Source of the DNA: a virus
IMG/VR virus record: IMGVR_UViG_3300028830_000319
Location: 9,110 to 73,109 of that record
DNA: 64,000 nucleotides
Direction: 5' to 3' (one strand)
Made by a program: the position numbers and the translations under genes. Positions 1-9,859 of this stretch are shown in pieces. Each line of letters opens with the position of its first letter. The first letter of the stretch is position 1. The notes beneath the pieces were generated by a model. The model did not search any database. It was not told the origin of the DNA and saw only the letters and a list, made by a program, of their open reading frames with translations.

Positions 1-23
1 GGCTGGACTCCAATCCCCATTGT

Positions 24-473
24 CTATTCCTCGCCCTCTCCGCTGATCACAAATGTGCTGTTTTGCGCAGGTGAGTTGAACCGGATGCCCAATCGCTCGC
101 CGCCCTTGATGTAAAGTTCACGCCCTGGCGGGAACACAAAGTCATAGCTGCTCTGCGGGTGGATCGCTTGAGCTGCCTTGATGTTTCCGGCCGTGGGCTC
201 CACGGTGAAGGTTTGCTGTGCGGTGACCAGCAGCGCCTCAGCATCAGAGTCGTTGGCCTTGAGTAGCGTCAGCGAACTGGCTGTGCCGGAACTGTTTTGC
301 TTCAGAATCTCCACCAATACCGGCTTGTCGGTATTCAAGATGCCTTGCCCAGATACGCGAATACGCTCGATGCGCACGCGAGGGCTGGAAGCTGCGACCA
401 ATTGCACGCCAGTGATCGTGCTCGTCAAAGTGTTCACAATCGTGGACGGAATCACAAATCGAACGCCTGCCAT
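24..473 (-). CDS. Hypothetical beta-rich virion protein
   Basis: 149-aa ORF continuing the structural operon (2-nt gap after 476..3070). Confidence 0.6.
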   Translation of the reverse strand: MAGVRFVIPSTIVNTLTSTITGVQLVAASSPRVRIERIRVSGQGILNTDKPVLVEILKQNSSGTASSLTLLKANDSDAEALLVTAQQTFTVEPTAGNIKAAQAIHPQSSYDFVFPPGRELYIKGGERLGIRFNSPAQNSTFVISGEGEE

Positions 474-475
474 GA

Positions 476-3070
476 TTAAGTGTCTCCGTAGTAGTAGGGC
501 GACGGGTCTCCCCCGCCGAAGTCAAACAAAGCAAACACCTGAGAAGTTTCGCCGGGTGAACCGTTGGGGTTTACAGGTGAGCGTTTCGCGCATTCCACCC
601 AGTCAGCACGATAGAGCCCAGTCGTTTCGTCGTATGCAGCCCGCGCGCAGCCGTTTATCTCTCCCTCGAATAGAAAGTTCTCCGTTCCATTCACTCCGCC
701 GATGCCGACGCCGCGGAGGTAGTTTTCGACAAGGACGGTCTGCCCTGGAGTCACATCGATCGTCACGCTGGTGCCTTGATAGGCTCGCGTGATTTGCATC
801 GGGAACCGCGCGTTTTGCTTGGCGAATGCCGAAAGAACAAACCCTTCAAGAACGCAGGCTTGCTGATTTACCGGTGGAGTCGATCCACCACCGCCGCTTT
901 TCCACAGGTACCAGCGGTTGTCGGTCAGGTCTTTGGCGACATAGCATTTGTCGTTGTATTCGATCCGCACAGTTAGCGAATGATTGTACGCCGTCACCGT
1001 TGCACCGGTGGGGAGCGTGATGGGGATATTGCCACCGGCATCGACGCCGGGGGCAATCATCGTCAGGTGATAGAAGAAGTTGTCTTCGATCCGAATCACA
1101 TAGACATCACGCTTGTTTTCCTCGCTGCCGATCGTGGCGATCCGACGGGCAAGATAGATTTCACCGACGGTCAACGTTGCCTTCGACACCGAGAACGATC
1201 CAATGTCAGAGTTCAAGACAACGATCTTGCAATCGGTGCCGTTCGTGAGCGGATTTGAGCAATAGCCGCTCGGATTTGCCGACAAATCTTGAATGACCTT
1301 GCCGGACCAAGTGCAATTGGTCTCGTCGTACCCTCCACTGTAAACGGAGACCAGCGCCATCGCCGAATCGCCCGGAGTTCCGCCGGATCCGAATAGCCAA
1401 TAGCTTGGACCGGTCAAATCCTCGAAGACGCCAGCTGAGTCTCCAGACGTAAAGGATCCAATCGCTGTGGCAGTCACCGTCCTTCCGTCTGGAAGGGTCA
1501 CGCCAGTGGTTCCTCCAGACGCCACGCCCGGCGCCGTTACATGCCAAATGTAATTGGCCACGAGCGCCACGCATGGCACGCCGTTGACGTAGCTGCATGG
1601 GATCAGCTCGTTCTTGTTGCCATAGACCGGTGCGTAGTTGTAGACCTTGATGTCTTCGCCTGAGTCAACCCATGACGTGCCATCGAAGACGTAGAGGTTG
1701 ACGGTGGCCGAACCTGGCGAAACGGTTGTCGTGCCTTCGGCCGGCGGGATATTGCCATCGCCCCGCACCATCAGCCCGGAGTTCGACCGCTTGGTGCCGC
1801 GGCCAATGTCAGGTGGCATCAGGTTTTCAGCGCTGCCAGTGTCCGGCGCACCGGATCCGCTGAGCAATTCATTTCGGTGAATCTCAGTGATCGCACCAAG
1901 GTTTCCGCCAAGGTCGTACCATGCAACCTCGCTGATCTGAGAGCCAGGCAATATCGATTGATGCCAGCCGTTCAAATGCAATCGGTAGCGCGTCTGCGCT
2001 TTGACGATCTGTGAGACGTAGGCGGTCGCCTGGTCGTTGGCTCGCGCGTTCAGCACTGACCTGTTTGAGCTAGATATCGTTCCGTCCGCATCGACCACGG
2101 CCGTCATGTCGTCCCAAATCGGCATCACGGTCCCGGAGATCGCCCCTGTAATGCCCGTCGAGATGTCCACCGAGAAATACGGGGTCATTGCGATATTGCC
2201 GATACGCGTAGAGTCTTTCGCGGCGCCGAAAACAGCGTCCGACCGCTGGAAGAAAACGCGGACCGTTTGTGGAAGCCGTGAAGCGTCTCCCTGCGTGGGG
2301 AAATAGTTGTAATTGCGATACTTGTCGAGCGACGTAATGGCCGCGGAGAGCCCTGTCTGATTGACCGTCAAGGAAACAAACGCAAATGCATCCGTCACCG
2401 GGTTGTACTGGATCGCGCAATTGAGCTTGGCCAGAACCTGCTGAATGGCATCCCAGGCTGAAACGCCGAGGAAGCGGAAATTCTCCGGCGGATCACTTGG
2501 TGTGCTTGGCAGAGTTGGGCATGTGCCCGCGATCGAGGAAGACAAACGCTGCCACAGGTCTTGCAGCATGGTCTGCCAGGTCCAAGGCGAACCAAGGAAG
2601 ATGCTCTCTGCATAATAGAGATTGGCACCCGTTGCGCTATTGTCCGCGTAGGGATAGCGCACGTTGTATTGACCGCAGCCAGCGTCGCTTGACCCTTCGA
2701 TCCGGCCGATCGTTGACATCCCCAAGATCGCCCGTTTGTCGACGAGGCGCACCAGCATTGGCTGGTCATCAAGCTCGCTGTCCATCGCGAACATCGACAT
2801 ACCGCGCGCCACCATCAGCGACGGCATGGTGATCGAGCGATCATATTCGTCGACGATCAGATCGAGCGAATAGAATTTGTCCTTGTCGAGGCTGCGCAGG
2901 TCGGACTGCGTCATGAGTATCCAGCCTTCGCCGGACTGGCCGCCGAGTGGGCACCGAAATCCATTCGCGCGCCCGACCCAATCGTTCGGCAATCCAGCCT
3001 CTCCGGCAAACTCCGCCAACGAAGCGGGATCCAGGCAATCCATTCCTGCAAATCTGACGCGGCTCGACAT
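476..3070 (-). CDS. Tail tip/baseplate-fibre protein with duplicated C-terminal module
   Basis: 864 aa, structural operon; Gly/Thr-rich C-terminal half with two APGVxxGG...TLPxGxTVTA repeats. Confidence 0.6.
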   Translation of the reverse strand: MSSRVRFAGMDCLDPASLAEFAGEAGLPNDWVGRANGFRCPLGGQSGEGWILMTQSDLRSLDKDKFYSLDLIVDEYDRSITMPSLMVARGMSMFAMDSELDDQPMLVRLVDKRAILGMSTIGRIEGSSDAGCGQYNVRYPYADNSATGANLYYAESIFLGSPWTWQTMLQDLWQRLSSSIAGTCPTLPSTPSDPPENFRFLGVSAWDAIQQVLAKLNCAIQYNPVTDAFAFVSLTVNQTGLSAAITSLDKYRNYNYFPTQGDASRLPQTVRVFFQRSDAVFGAAKDSTRIGNIAMTPYFSVDISTGITGAISGTVMPIWDDMTAVVDADGTISSSNRSVLNARANDQATAYVSQIVKAQTRYRLHLNGWHQSILPGSQISEVAWYDLGGNLGAITEIHRNELLSGSGAPDTGSAENLMPPDIGRGTKRSNSGLMVRGDGNIPPAEGTTTVSPGSATVNLYVFDGTSWVDSGEDIKVYNYAPVYGNKNELIPCSYVNGVPCVALVANYIWHVTAPGVASGGTTGVTLPDGRTVTATAIGSFTSGDSAGVFEDLTGPSYWLFGSGGTPGDSAMALVSVYSGGYDETNCTWSGKVIQDLSANPSGYCSNPLTNGTDCKIVVLNSDIGSFSVSKATLTVGEIYLARRIATIGSEENKRDVYVIRIEDNFFYHLTMIAPGVDAGGNIPITLPTGATVTAYNHSLTVRIEYNDKCYVAKDLTDNRWYLWKSGGGGSTPPVNQQACVLEGFVLSAFAKQNARFPMQITRAYQGTSVTIDVTPGQTVLVENYLRGVGIGGVNGTENFLFEGEINGCARAAYDETTGLYRADWVECAKRSPVNPNGSPGETSQVFALFDFGGGDPSPYYYGDT

Positions 3071-3071
3071 T

Positions 3072-4094
3072 TCAGGCTGCTCTCAGGCGAGGACGTGTGC
3101 TCCAGCGCGGGTCCGGCCTGAAAGGTATATAGGGAAGTCGAGACTCAAGCGAGGGCTGGATGCCGGTGCGAAGCCATTCCTGCGCTTCGCCAACCCCCTT
3201 GCGCGCGGCGGCTTCGGTCGTGAGAAGATTGCGGCCGCATCGGCAGTTGTAACTCCAGGGCGGAGAAAATACGTCCCAGAACGGATCATCGGTCCGGTAG
3301 ATGTTGCTTCCGCCGATCCCGTAATGCATCAGCGCCAAGTGCTCAGGCCGCACGCGGCCGTCGTCAATTGCCAGATAGGCCTGATAGGGAAAGAGGCGAT
3401 TGACGATCGGGTTCTGCGCGAGATCGTCGTGCCCTTGCGAATAGGCCGTTTGCACGTTGGTGCGATAGACGTTTTCCAGATGTCCGGGCCCAATCTGGCT
3501 GGTCTCCAAGTCGCTCGCGAGACGCGCCTTGAACTCGCGCAGCGAAGGCCCCTCGGTCACGAGATCGCTGAGAGTGTCGCGCAGCTTGGTCAACGTCTGG
3601 TCCGATGAGATGCCGGCCACCGTGAAGGCCTGGGCCTTGGCATCACTGGCCAGGCGATCGAAATCTTCGCGCGTGACGATCTTCTTCTCGGCCAGGCGTT
3701 TGGCGGCCGCCTCGATCAAGGGAAAACGCACGATCGGTTCACCGCCGCCGGGTGGGTGAAAGATTGTCGAGACGCCGCGCGGAGGCTTGCCGCCGCTACC
3801 ACCGCCGAGTTCGGCAATTTGCTTCTCTGCCCAGGCTGGCAGCCGCTTGGCCACGAAGTCGACGCCAGAGATCCAGGCGGCGACCTCGGTATCATAGAGC
3901 GACTGAGCCAACATCGGCTCGAATTCGGCCAGCACGTGCCGCGCGAGGTTCAACAGCTGGTACGAATTGAGATGCGCTCGCGAACTAGCCAGCTTGTTGA
4001 TCAGTCGGCTGCGCAGCTCGGCCGCGATCGTTTCGGCGGCGATCAGCCCACGGCCGATCAGGCGGTCGACGTTGCGCTTGGGAGAATCAGCCAT
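3072..4094 (-). CDS. MuF/SPP1 gp7-like minor head (head morphogenesis) protein
   Basis: Motifs VYRTNVQTAYSQG, DDGRVRPEH, DDPFW...PPWSYNCRC; follows the portal. Confidence 0.9.
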   Translation of the reverse strand: MADSPKRNVDRLIGRGLIAAETIAAELRSRLINKLASSRAHLNSYQLLNLARHVLAEFEPMLAQSLYDTEVAAWISGVDFVAKRLPAWAEKQIAELGGGSGGKPPRGVSTIFHPPGGGEPIVRFPLIEAAAKRLAEKKIVTREDFDRLASDAKAQAFTVAGISSDQTLTKLRDTLSDLVTEGPSLREFKARLASDLETSQIGPGHLENVYRTNVQTAYSQGHDDLAQNPIVNRLFPYQAYLAIDDGRVRPEHLALMHYGIGGSNIYRTDDPFWDVFSPPWSYNCRCGRNLLTTEAAARKGVGEAQEWLRTGIQPSLESRLPYIPFRPDPRWSTRPRLRAA

Positions 4095-6381
4095 TGCCGC
4101 CTCGTTGGCGGTTTGGGCTGATAATGGCGATTAACGGTCGGTTGAACGTACGTCGCGCATCGGTTCGTCGGCCCAATTGTGTAGATTTTTCGTCGGATGG
4201 TCTGAAATGTCGACGATCCGGGAATGCTTTTTCGTAGTCGTCGATGACCCGGCGATATTCGCGTTTGGCGTCGTCTCGCGATTGGTCGAAGCCGACTCCA
4301 ATGAATTCCCCGCGGCCGGCAATTCGTTCTGATTTGATGCCATAATGCTCGGTCACCTTATCAATTGAGTCAGCCAGAATGTCGTCGAGATCGACAACTA
4401 AGACCTGCGGTTTGCCACTCACGCCCACACCGATAGACCGCGAATCGATGCCATGCTTGGTTAGCGTTTCGCGGACGCCATTAATTGTATCGTTCGGCTG
4501 GAACAAATAGACAGAGCCCTTTTCGCCTTTTTTCTCTTCAAAAAGAAGTACCGCCTTCTGATCCGCCAGCAAGCCTTTCCAGGCCATAGCATAACGAATG
4601 TCTTCGTAATCTCCGCCCACATAATTCGTTACGACACTGTCCTCCGCACCGTCGCCCCAATCTCCGACAACGCTAAAACTGGCAAACGACAAGCCGAGAT
4701 CGTGGTCAATTGTGTCGAACTGGCGTTTGGCCTGGCGATGCTTTGGGCTGTCCATATTGTCCAAAGCTTGGTCAAAGCTCAGGTTTTCTTCCGTGTTCGG
4801 GCTGGCAAACCCTGACGCCCGCTTCGGCTTCGCGTCGCCGGCGGCTGCTTCGATTTCCGCCTTTTGATCGTCGGTTGCCTTGGCCAACTCTTCGCCCGGG
4901 ATAAACTGACCGCCTTTGTACTCTTTGCCGGCAATCGTCATATTGTGCGGCGCGCGGGCTTGGGCCATGCGCAGCCGTTGCCCCATTTCTCCGCGTACGG
5001 CCTCGACAAGCTTTGCCGCGCCGACAATACCCTCGCCGACCAGAGCCGCGGCGACCTGTTCACGCCGCAGACTCATTGCGACTGCGTCGGACTCACCATC
5101 GCCCTCGCTATAACCGATCCGCTGCTGGGCAGGGTAGTGGGATCCGCCGTCGCCACCCTGGTCTTGTTTCTGACCGGCATTGGCTTGCTCCATGGCCTGG
5201 AGAGCCAGCGGCTTGAAACTGATCTCGAATTCGTGGGCCTTCCCCCAGTTGAGCATGATGCCAGTCTCGATCGCCGAGCGCTGCACCGCGCCGACGATAG
5301 ACGTTCCCCAGCGGGTAAGGCCGCTGTAGAACGCCTGCATCGGCACGGCTTTTCCAGCCCAGGCTCCTGTTGCCTCGCTGGTCAGAACGTCATCGGGGAT
5401 TTCAATGCCGCGGAGCATTTCGACGTCTGAGTCTTTAGGGTAGGCCAGGATATGTCCTGGGTTTGAGGCTACCACTGCCCGCTCCAACGTCCACATGGGT
5501 TTGCCATTTTGGTCGTATTGGTTCGGCATCACGACTACGCCACCGGCCTTGATCTGCTCTGCCATCTGCCGGGCGATGTCTCTGTTTGGAACAGAAAGTA
5601 CCGTACCGTCGGGCTGCGCGATTTCCATCATGCCTGGGGGATATCCGACGGTAGCGCCGCCATAAGCGTCCTTGTGCATGAACAGTCGTCGCACGTCGAG
5701 GCCACCACCATCGAGCCACTTATCGGCCCAGGGGCTATAGGCGCCGCGCAGGATTCCATAACCGTAGTGGGAGCCGTCCTCGGGCATGAATGGGTGCCAA
5801 TAGGCCTTGCCCAAAGGCAAGTCAATATGCCCGACGCTGGTTTGTGGCACGCGCCGAAAGCGGACGCCAACAACCTGACCATTTTGTTCGAGCGCGCGCA
5901 CGTCGCTGGCATGTCGAGTCAGGATGCTTTTTACATCTAGTTTTCCTGATTCGTTCAGCCCCCAAACGATTTCACCGCCGCACCACCCCCAAACTTGATC
6001 GAGCATCATCCGCGGCAAATCCCTCATCCAAATCGCTCGCAATTGCTTCAAGATCCACGCGGCGACTTCTGGATCTTTGCACCGCACGCCCGGGATCCAG
6101 TCCTGCCCATCTTGATACGCCCACTCAAGGCCTTGGATCGGCGCCGCTCGCATGGCCAGACCGAGACGAATGGTCGGCTCCCACAACATCGCGCGGATCA
6201 TCATGAAAGTGAAGGGCGGCAGGTCACGCGGCGCGATCCCCCACAGGTCGATGGGATTGGGCGAATAACGCGCCGTGGCTGGCGTGGAATGAGCCACCTG
6301 CTGCGCGACGCGATCAGGCAACGCGGTTTCGTTTTGACCATGGCCCGCGTAGGCGACAAAGACATTACCCCAAGGCTGCAT
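4087..6381 (-). CDS. Portal protein (Mu gp29/DUF935-like) with C-terminal extension; start uncertain (longest ORF begins 6408)
   Basis: Portal-like segments (LTRHASDVR, YGYGILRGAYSPW); immediately upstream of MuF; about 280 aa extra after YKGGQFIPG. Confidence 0.8.
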   Translation of the reverse strand: MQPWGNVFVAYAGHGQNETALPDRVAQQVAHSTPATARYSPNPIDLWGIAPRDLPPFTFMMIRAMLWEPTIRLGLAMRAAPIQGLEWAYQDGQDWIPGVRCKDPEVAAWILKQLRAIWMRDLPRMMLDQVWGWCGGEIVWGLNESGKLDVKSILTRHASDVRALEQNGQVVGVRFRRVPQTSVGHIDLPLGKAYWHPFMPEDGSHYGYGILRGAYSPWADKWLDGGGLDVRRLFMHKDAYGGATVGYPPGMMEIAQPDGTVLSVPNRDIARQMAEQIKAGGVVVMPNQYDQNGKPMWTLERAVVASNPGHILAYPKDSDVEMLRGIEIPDDVLTSEATGAWAGKAVPMQAFYSGLTRWGTSIVGAVQRSAIETGIMLNWGKAHEFEISFKPLALQAMEQANAGQKQDQGGDGGSHYPAQQRIGYSEGDGESDAVAMSLRREQVAAALVGEGIVGAAKLVEAVRGEMGQRLRMAQARAPHNMTIAGKEYKGGQFIPGEELAKATDDQKAEIEAAAGDAKPKRASGFASPNTEENLSFDQALDNMDSPKHRQAKRQFDTIDHDLGLSFASFSVVGDWGDGAEDSVVTNYVGGDYEDIRYAMAWKGLLADQKAVLLFEEKKGEKGSVYLFQPNDTINGVRETLTKHGIDSRSIGVGVSGKPQVLVVDLDDILADSIDKVTEHYGIKSERIAGRGEFIGVGFDQSRDDAKREYRRVIDDYEKAFPDRRHFRPSDEKSTQLGRRTDARRTFNRPLIAIISPNRQRGGNG

Positions 6382-6954
6382 TGGTATCTCGCTTGATTTG
6401 GTTTTCAAGGAAGGCCGTTTGAGCGGCTAACGCCAGCTCCGGATCGCCAAACGCCGTGAGGTACAGGTGATAAACGCCTCTGTAATCCAGTCCGGCAAAG
6501 TCGCCACGTTCGATCTTGGCCTGCGCCTTGAGACGCGGAAGGTTGGCCATTAGTCCGATTTGCTGGCCACGCGAAAGTAAGCAGCCGTTAATGCCGAACT
6601 CCCAGCTTATTTGGGCAACTCGCTCATGTTTTTTTTTAGATCAGACCAGGCCTTCGTGACCTTGTGCCACAACTGGTAGGCCAGCGAGGCGGTGCATCCC
6701 TCAACACCTTCAGAGCGGAAAACGTCGGTCAGGTCTCGTAGGAACTCGGGCGTAGCTTTCCAGCCCTTTTCATACACTCCATGTCGTGTGGTGAGCGCTT
6801 CGCATGCCAAGCTGGCTGACATGACGTCGATTGCCACGACCTTGCCGTCGAGCTCGCCGCCGCGCACCCGCAGGCTGAGTGTCCCGTCGAGAATGTCTTG
6901 CGGTTCGTCGTGCGATGCAGCGGCTTTAGGTGTTCGGCTGGTCCGCTTGGCCAT
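6365..6954 (-). CDS. Tail assembly chaperone GT-like -1 frameshift product (about 196 aa)
   Basis: A9 run at 6629-6637; the -1 frame is open (KKHERVAQISWEFGINGCLLSRGQQIGL) straight into ORF 6365..6550. Confidence 0.75.
6607..6954 (-). CDS. Tail assembly chaperone (G-like)
   Basis: RBS GAGGGGA before ATG 6954; slippery CTA AAA AAA AAC near the 3' end. Confidence 0.7.
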   Translation of the reverse strand: MAKRTSRTPKAAASHDEPQDILDGTLSLRVRGGELDGKVVAIDVMSASLACEALTTRHGVYEKGWKATPEFLRDLTDVFRSEGVEGCTASLAYQLWHKVTKAWSDLKKNMSELPK

Positions 6955-8614
6955 TGTAGATCCCCTCTTGGACATCGTCGGGTAGATTCAAATTCGATGG
7001 GAGCGAGCCAAGTCGATACAAGATCTTCCAGGCCGCGCCATACACCGGAACGCCAAAATAATTGCCGATAAACCCGCTCGGGTAAATCGCAACCTCTTCG
7101 ACGGCCGGCACACCGCCGATCGAGTTCACCGCCGGACGCGGAACCTGGTATCCAGCGCGGATCGCGGCACCCTCGAAAATAACGTCGACGCCAGCCACGC
7201 CGCGCTGCAGAATCACGTCATCGTTGGCCGCGGACGTGCGGCCGGGAAAATTGAAAGGCGACTCAGAGCGCGGATTCCAATCGCTCGTCCAGTTTGAGTT
7301 CTCGTCTTTGGTCTGCCGCTTTTGCCGATAGGTTGGTGTGCGCTTGTATGGCGTGAGCCGTGCCTTGTAATGCAAATAGCTCTCTTCCGGTCGTGGCTTT
7401 GTGTTTTTGAAGGTCTGCGTTGTCGAGCTGCCTTCCTGGGACACCAGGTCGCCGTTCGTGCCAGTGCTGCTGGGCGATCCCCCACAAAGGTCAACGATGG
7501 CGTCCATGGAGGGATAGTTTTGCAGGCCGCTGACGCCGCGGCTGGAGACTGCGACCGAGGTCTGCCAGGTCTGCCAATCATTCCCCAGGGGCGTCCAGAG
7601 GCCCGAGTCGCCGAGCAGGTCTTTGATGGTCGAGAGGATCCGATAGGAAATCCGAAACGAGCAAGTCCGACCGAATAAGTCTTCGTTGGCAAACAGCTCA
7701 TCGATGAACCACTGGCGGCCGCGATCCTGAGTCGCGAGCAGCCGCTTGGAGACAATCTGCCCAAAGACGCTCCAGGCAAAGGAGCCGTTCAGCCCGAGCT
7801 TGGGTGTAATCTCCATCGAAATGGTGTTGCGGAACTCGGCGCCGTTGCGACGTGCCCAGTTCGCCGTGTGACTGCCGCGGATGTCCGTGACATAGGCTGG
7901 CCATGGGTTCGGCGAATCGACCTGTTCGTCGACGATTGTGTAATCGAGGCGGCTTTTGTCTTTGGAAACCCGACGCCGGCACACGGTTCGTCGATACCCA
8001 ATTGGAACGGTCGCCTGAATGGCGGTCCAATAGGTGTCGGCCGACTCCGGTACCGCTTTCGATCCAGGTATCCGAGTTTGAGCGATTTCCAGGTACCCAG
8101 TGATCGTGCGGGTGGTCAGGCCGTGCTGATCAACGTCGTATTCAGCTTCGTAGTTCGCGGCCATGATGCCGGTGAACATTTCCTGACCGCAGCAACAAAG
8201 CGGCAGGCAGAAGGTGACACGCCACACGATTTCGCAGGCATAGCTACTCCCGATTGGCTCCCAAGAAAGTTCCTGCGTTTTAGGGCCCCACTTCACGTCC
8301 TTCATTCCGCTGGCGCCATTGATCGTAACGGCGCCGCCAAACCCCTTGTTGCGAAACGTCAGGGCCTGCCCATCTTGCGAGAGTAGCCGACGGACCCGGT
8401 CCATATAGTCATCAGCAGACACCTGCGATCCTTCGCTGACCGGCGCGATAATGGATCTGACAGTCAGTTCGTGCTGAATGTAGACCGTCGTGCGATCGGC
8501 TTCATCGCGAACATTCGTGCTGCGCGCGGTAATCTTGGTCGCGCTGTCGAACGCGTAGCCGTTATAGTTCAGCTCACCGAGCTCGCCGAAAAAAGATGGT
8601 GAATTGTTGGGCAT
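6926..8614 (-). CDS. Tail/distal-tail structural protein
   Basis: 562 aa, downstream of the tape-measure-like gene. Confidence 0.55.
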   Translation of the reverse strand: MPNNSPSFFGELGELNYNGYAFDSATKITARSTNVRDEADRTTVYIQHELTVRSIIAPVSEGSQVSADDYMDRVRRLLSQDGQALTFRNKGFGGAVTINGASGMKDVKWGPKTQELSWEPIGSSYACEIVWRVTFCLPLCCCGQEMFTGIMAANYEAEYDVDQHGLTTRTITGYLEIAQTRIPGSKAVPESADTYWTAIQATVPIGYRRTVCRRRVSKDKSRLDYTIVDEQVDSPNPWPAYVTDIRGSHTANWARRNGAEFRNTISMEITPKLGLNGSFAWSVFGQIVSKRLLATQDRGRQWFIDELFANEDLFGRTCSFRISYRILSTIKDLLGDSGLWTPLGNDWQTWQTSVAVSSRGVSGLQNYPSMDAIVDLCGGSPSSTGTNGDLVSQEGSSTTQTFKNTKPRPEESYLHYKARLTPYKRTPTYRQKRQTKDENSNWTSDWNPRSESPFNFPGRTSAANDDVILQRGVAGVDVIFEGAAIRAGYQVPRPAVNSIGGVPAVEEVAIYPSGFIGNYFGVPVYGAAWKILYRLGSLPSNLNLPDDVQEGIYNGQADQPNT

Positions 8615-8621
8615 GGTTCAA

Positions 8622-9836
8622 TTACGGCGCGAGCGGCCGTGGATTCCAGGGGTGAGCCTTACGGATGTTTTCAATGGGCCCGGCGATCGCCTCGACAAAG
8701 TCGCGGTTGAACTGATCGAGTAGCGGATCGTCTCCATTTGCCTGCGCGCCCTGGATAATGTCCAAGATCTTTTGCAGCGACTTATCGATCGCCGCCCAGT
8801 CTTGACGAACCGCTCCGAACTGGCCGCTCAAGAGATGCACCAGCGACCGCAGTCCGTCGACCTGGATTTCAGTGCCAGCGGCCGTTACCTCCAGCAGCTT
8901 GATTCCCGTTTCAGCAAAGGGACGAACAATCTGATATGCCTCCAGCACCACCTTGAGCAGTTGCGTGCCAAGATCATAAAGAGCTGTCTGGCCACGGCTG
9001 TAATCGTTTTGGAAACTGGCCAGAAGTGGCCCGAGTTGGTTCGCGCGAGAAATCTCCGCCTGCTGCTGGCGAATGTCCGCCTGGGCGCTCGAGGCAGCCA
9101 GCGCGCCGGAGTATTTCGCGAGATAAAAAGCCTGCTCTTCCAGCACGTCGGACACTTTCTTGATCGCTGCAATAGCCAGTCCGCCGGCCGCCGCGACACC
9201 GGCAAATGCCAGAGCTACCGGACCGGCCGCTGCAGCCACGCCACCCAACGCACCCGCAACGCTTTCGGATTCAGCCAGCACAATTGCATCGGTTGGCACA
9301 TCCCCGGGGGTAACCTTCGGCGCTTTCGGCAGTGACACCGGCTTGGAAGGCTCGGGCGGCGGCAACGGTTCGTTAGGGATCGGCTCGGCCGGCTCATTTC
9401 TCCCGGGCCGCCGCCGCTTAGGTTTCCCTGGCGATGGGGCTTCGGCGGCTTGATCTTCGGGACCGGCGGCTTGTGGGACGGATGGCACCGACTCGGGCTG
9501 AGGCGCCGGCAATTCGGTCTTCACTCGCGAGGCAGCTGCCAATTCTCGAAAGGCGACGGTGAGGGTTTCCACGACCGAGACAAGGCCGCCATAACCGAGG
9601 GTTTGGGCCAGGGACTTCAATCCATCGGCTGCCGATGTGATATCCGGAAGCGATGGGGCATGGTCCGGAATCGGCTTCTCACGCGACCCTGGTTCGGGCA
9701 CAGTCGGCGCGGAAGGGGCAGGGGAGGGGGCGGTCGGCTGTTGGGGAGGAATGAAGGATGCTGGCTCAGGCGCTGGCTCGCCAACAGGCGACACGCCGTC
9801 GTCAATCACCGCGATTTCGAGCCGCGCGTCTGCCAC
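8622..9836 (-). CDS. Short tape-measure-like protein with Pro-rich N-terminus
   Basis: Ala/Gly-rich amphipathic helices (GVAAAAGPVALAFAGVAAAGGLAIAAI) after the tail tube gene. Confidence 0.55.
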   Translation of the reverse strand: MADARLEIAVIDDGVSPVGEPAPEPASFIPPQQPTAPSPAPSAPTVPEPGSREKPIPDHAPSLPDITSAADGLKSLAQTLGYGGLVSVVETLTVAFRELAAASRVKTELPAPQPESVPSVPQAAGPEDQAAEAPSPGKPKRRRPGRNEPAEPIPNEPLPPPEPSKPVSLPKAPKVTPGDVPTDAIVLAESESVAGALGGVAAAAGPVALAFAGVAAAGGLAIAAIKKVSDVLEEQAFYLAKYSGALAASSAQADIRQQQAEISRANQLGPLLASFQNDYSRGQTALYDLGTQLLKVVLEAYQIVRPFAETGIKLLEVTAAGTEIQVDGLRSLVHLLSGQFGAVRQDWAAIDKSLQKILDIIQGAQANGDDPLLDQFNRDFVEAIAGPIENIRKAHPWNPRPLAP

Positions 9837-9859
9837 ACATTCCCCCTGCGTTTATCGGT

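Noticed and set aside
476-3070. Diversity-generating retroelement target in the tail-tip gene
   Set aside because: No reverse transcriptase in the window and no adenine-mismatched template/variable repeat pair noticed
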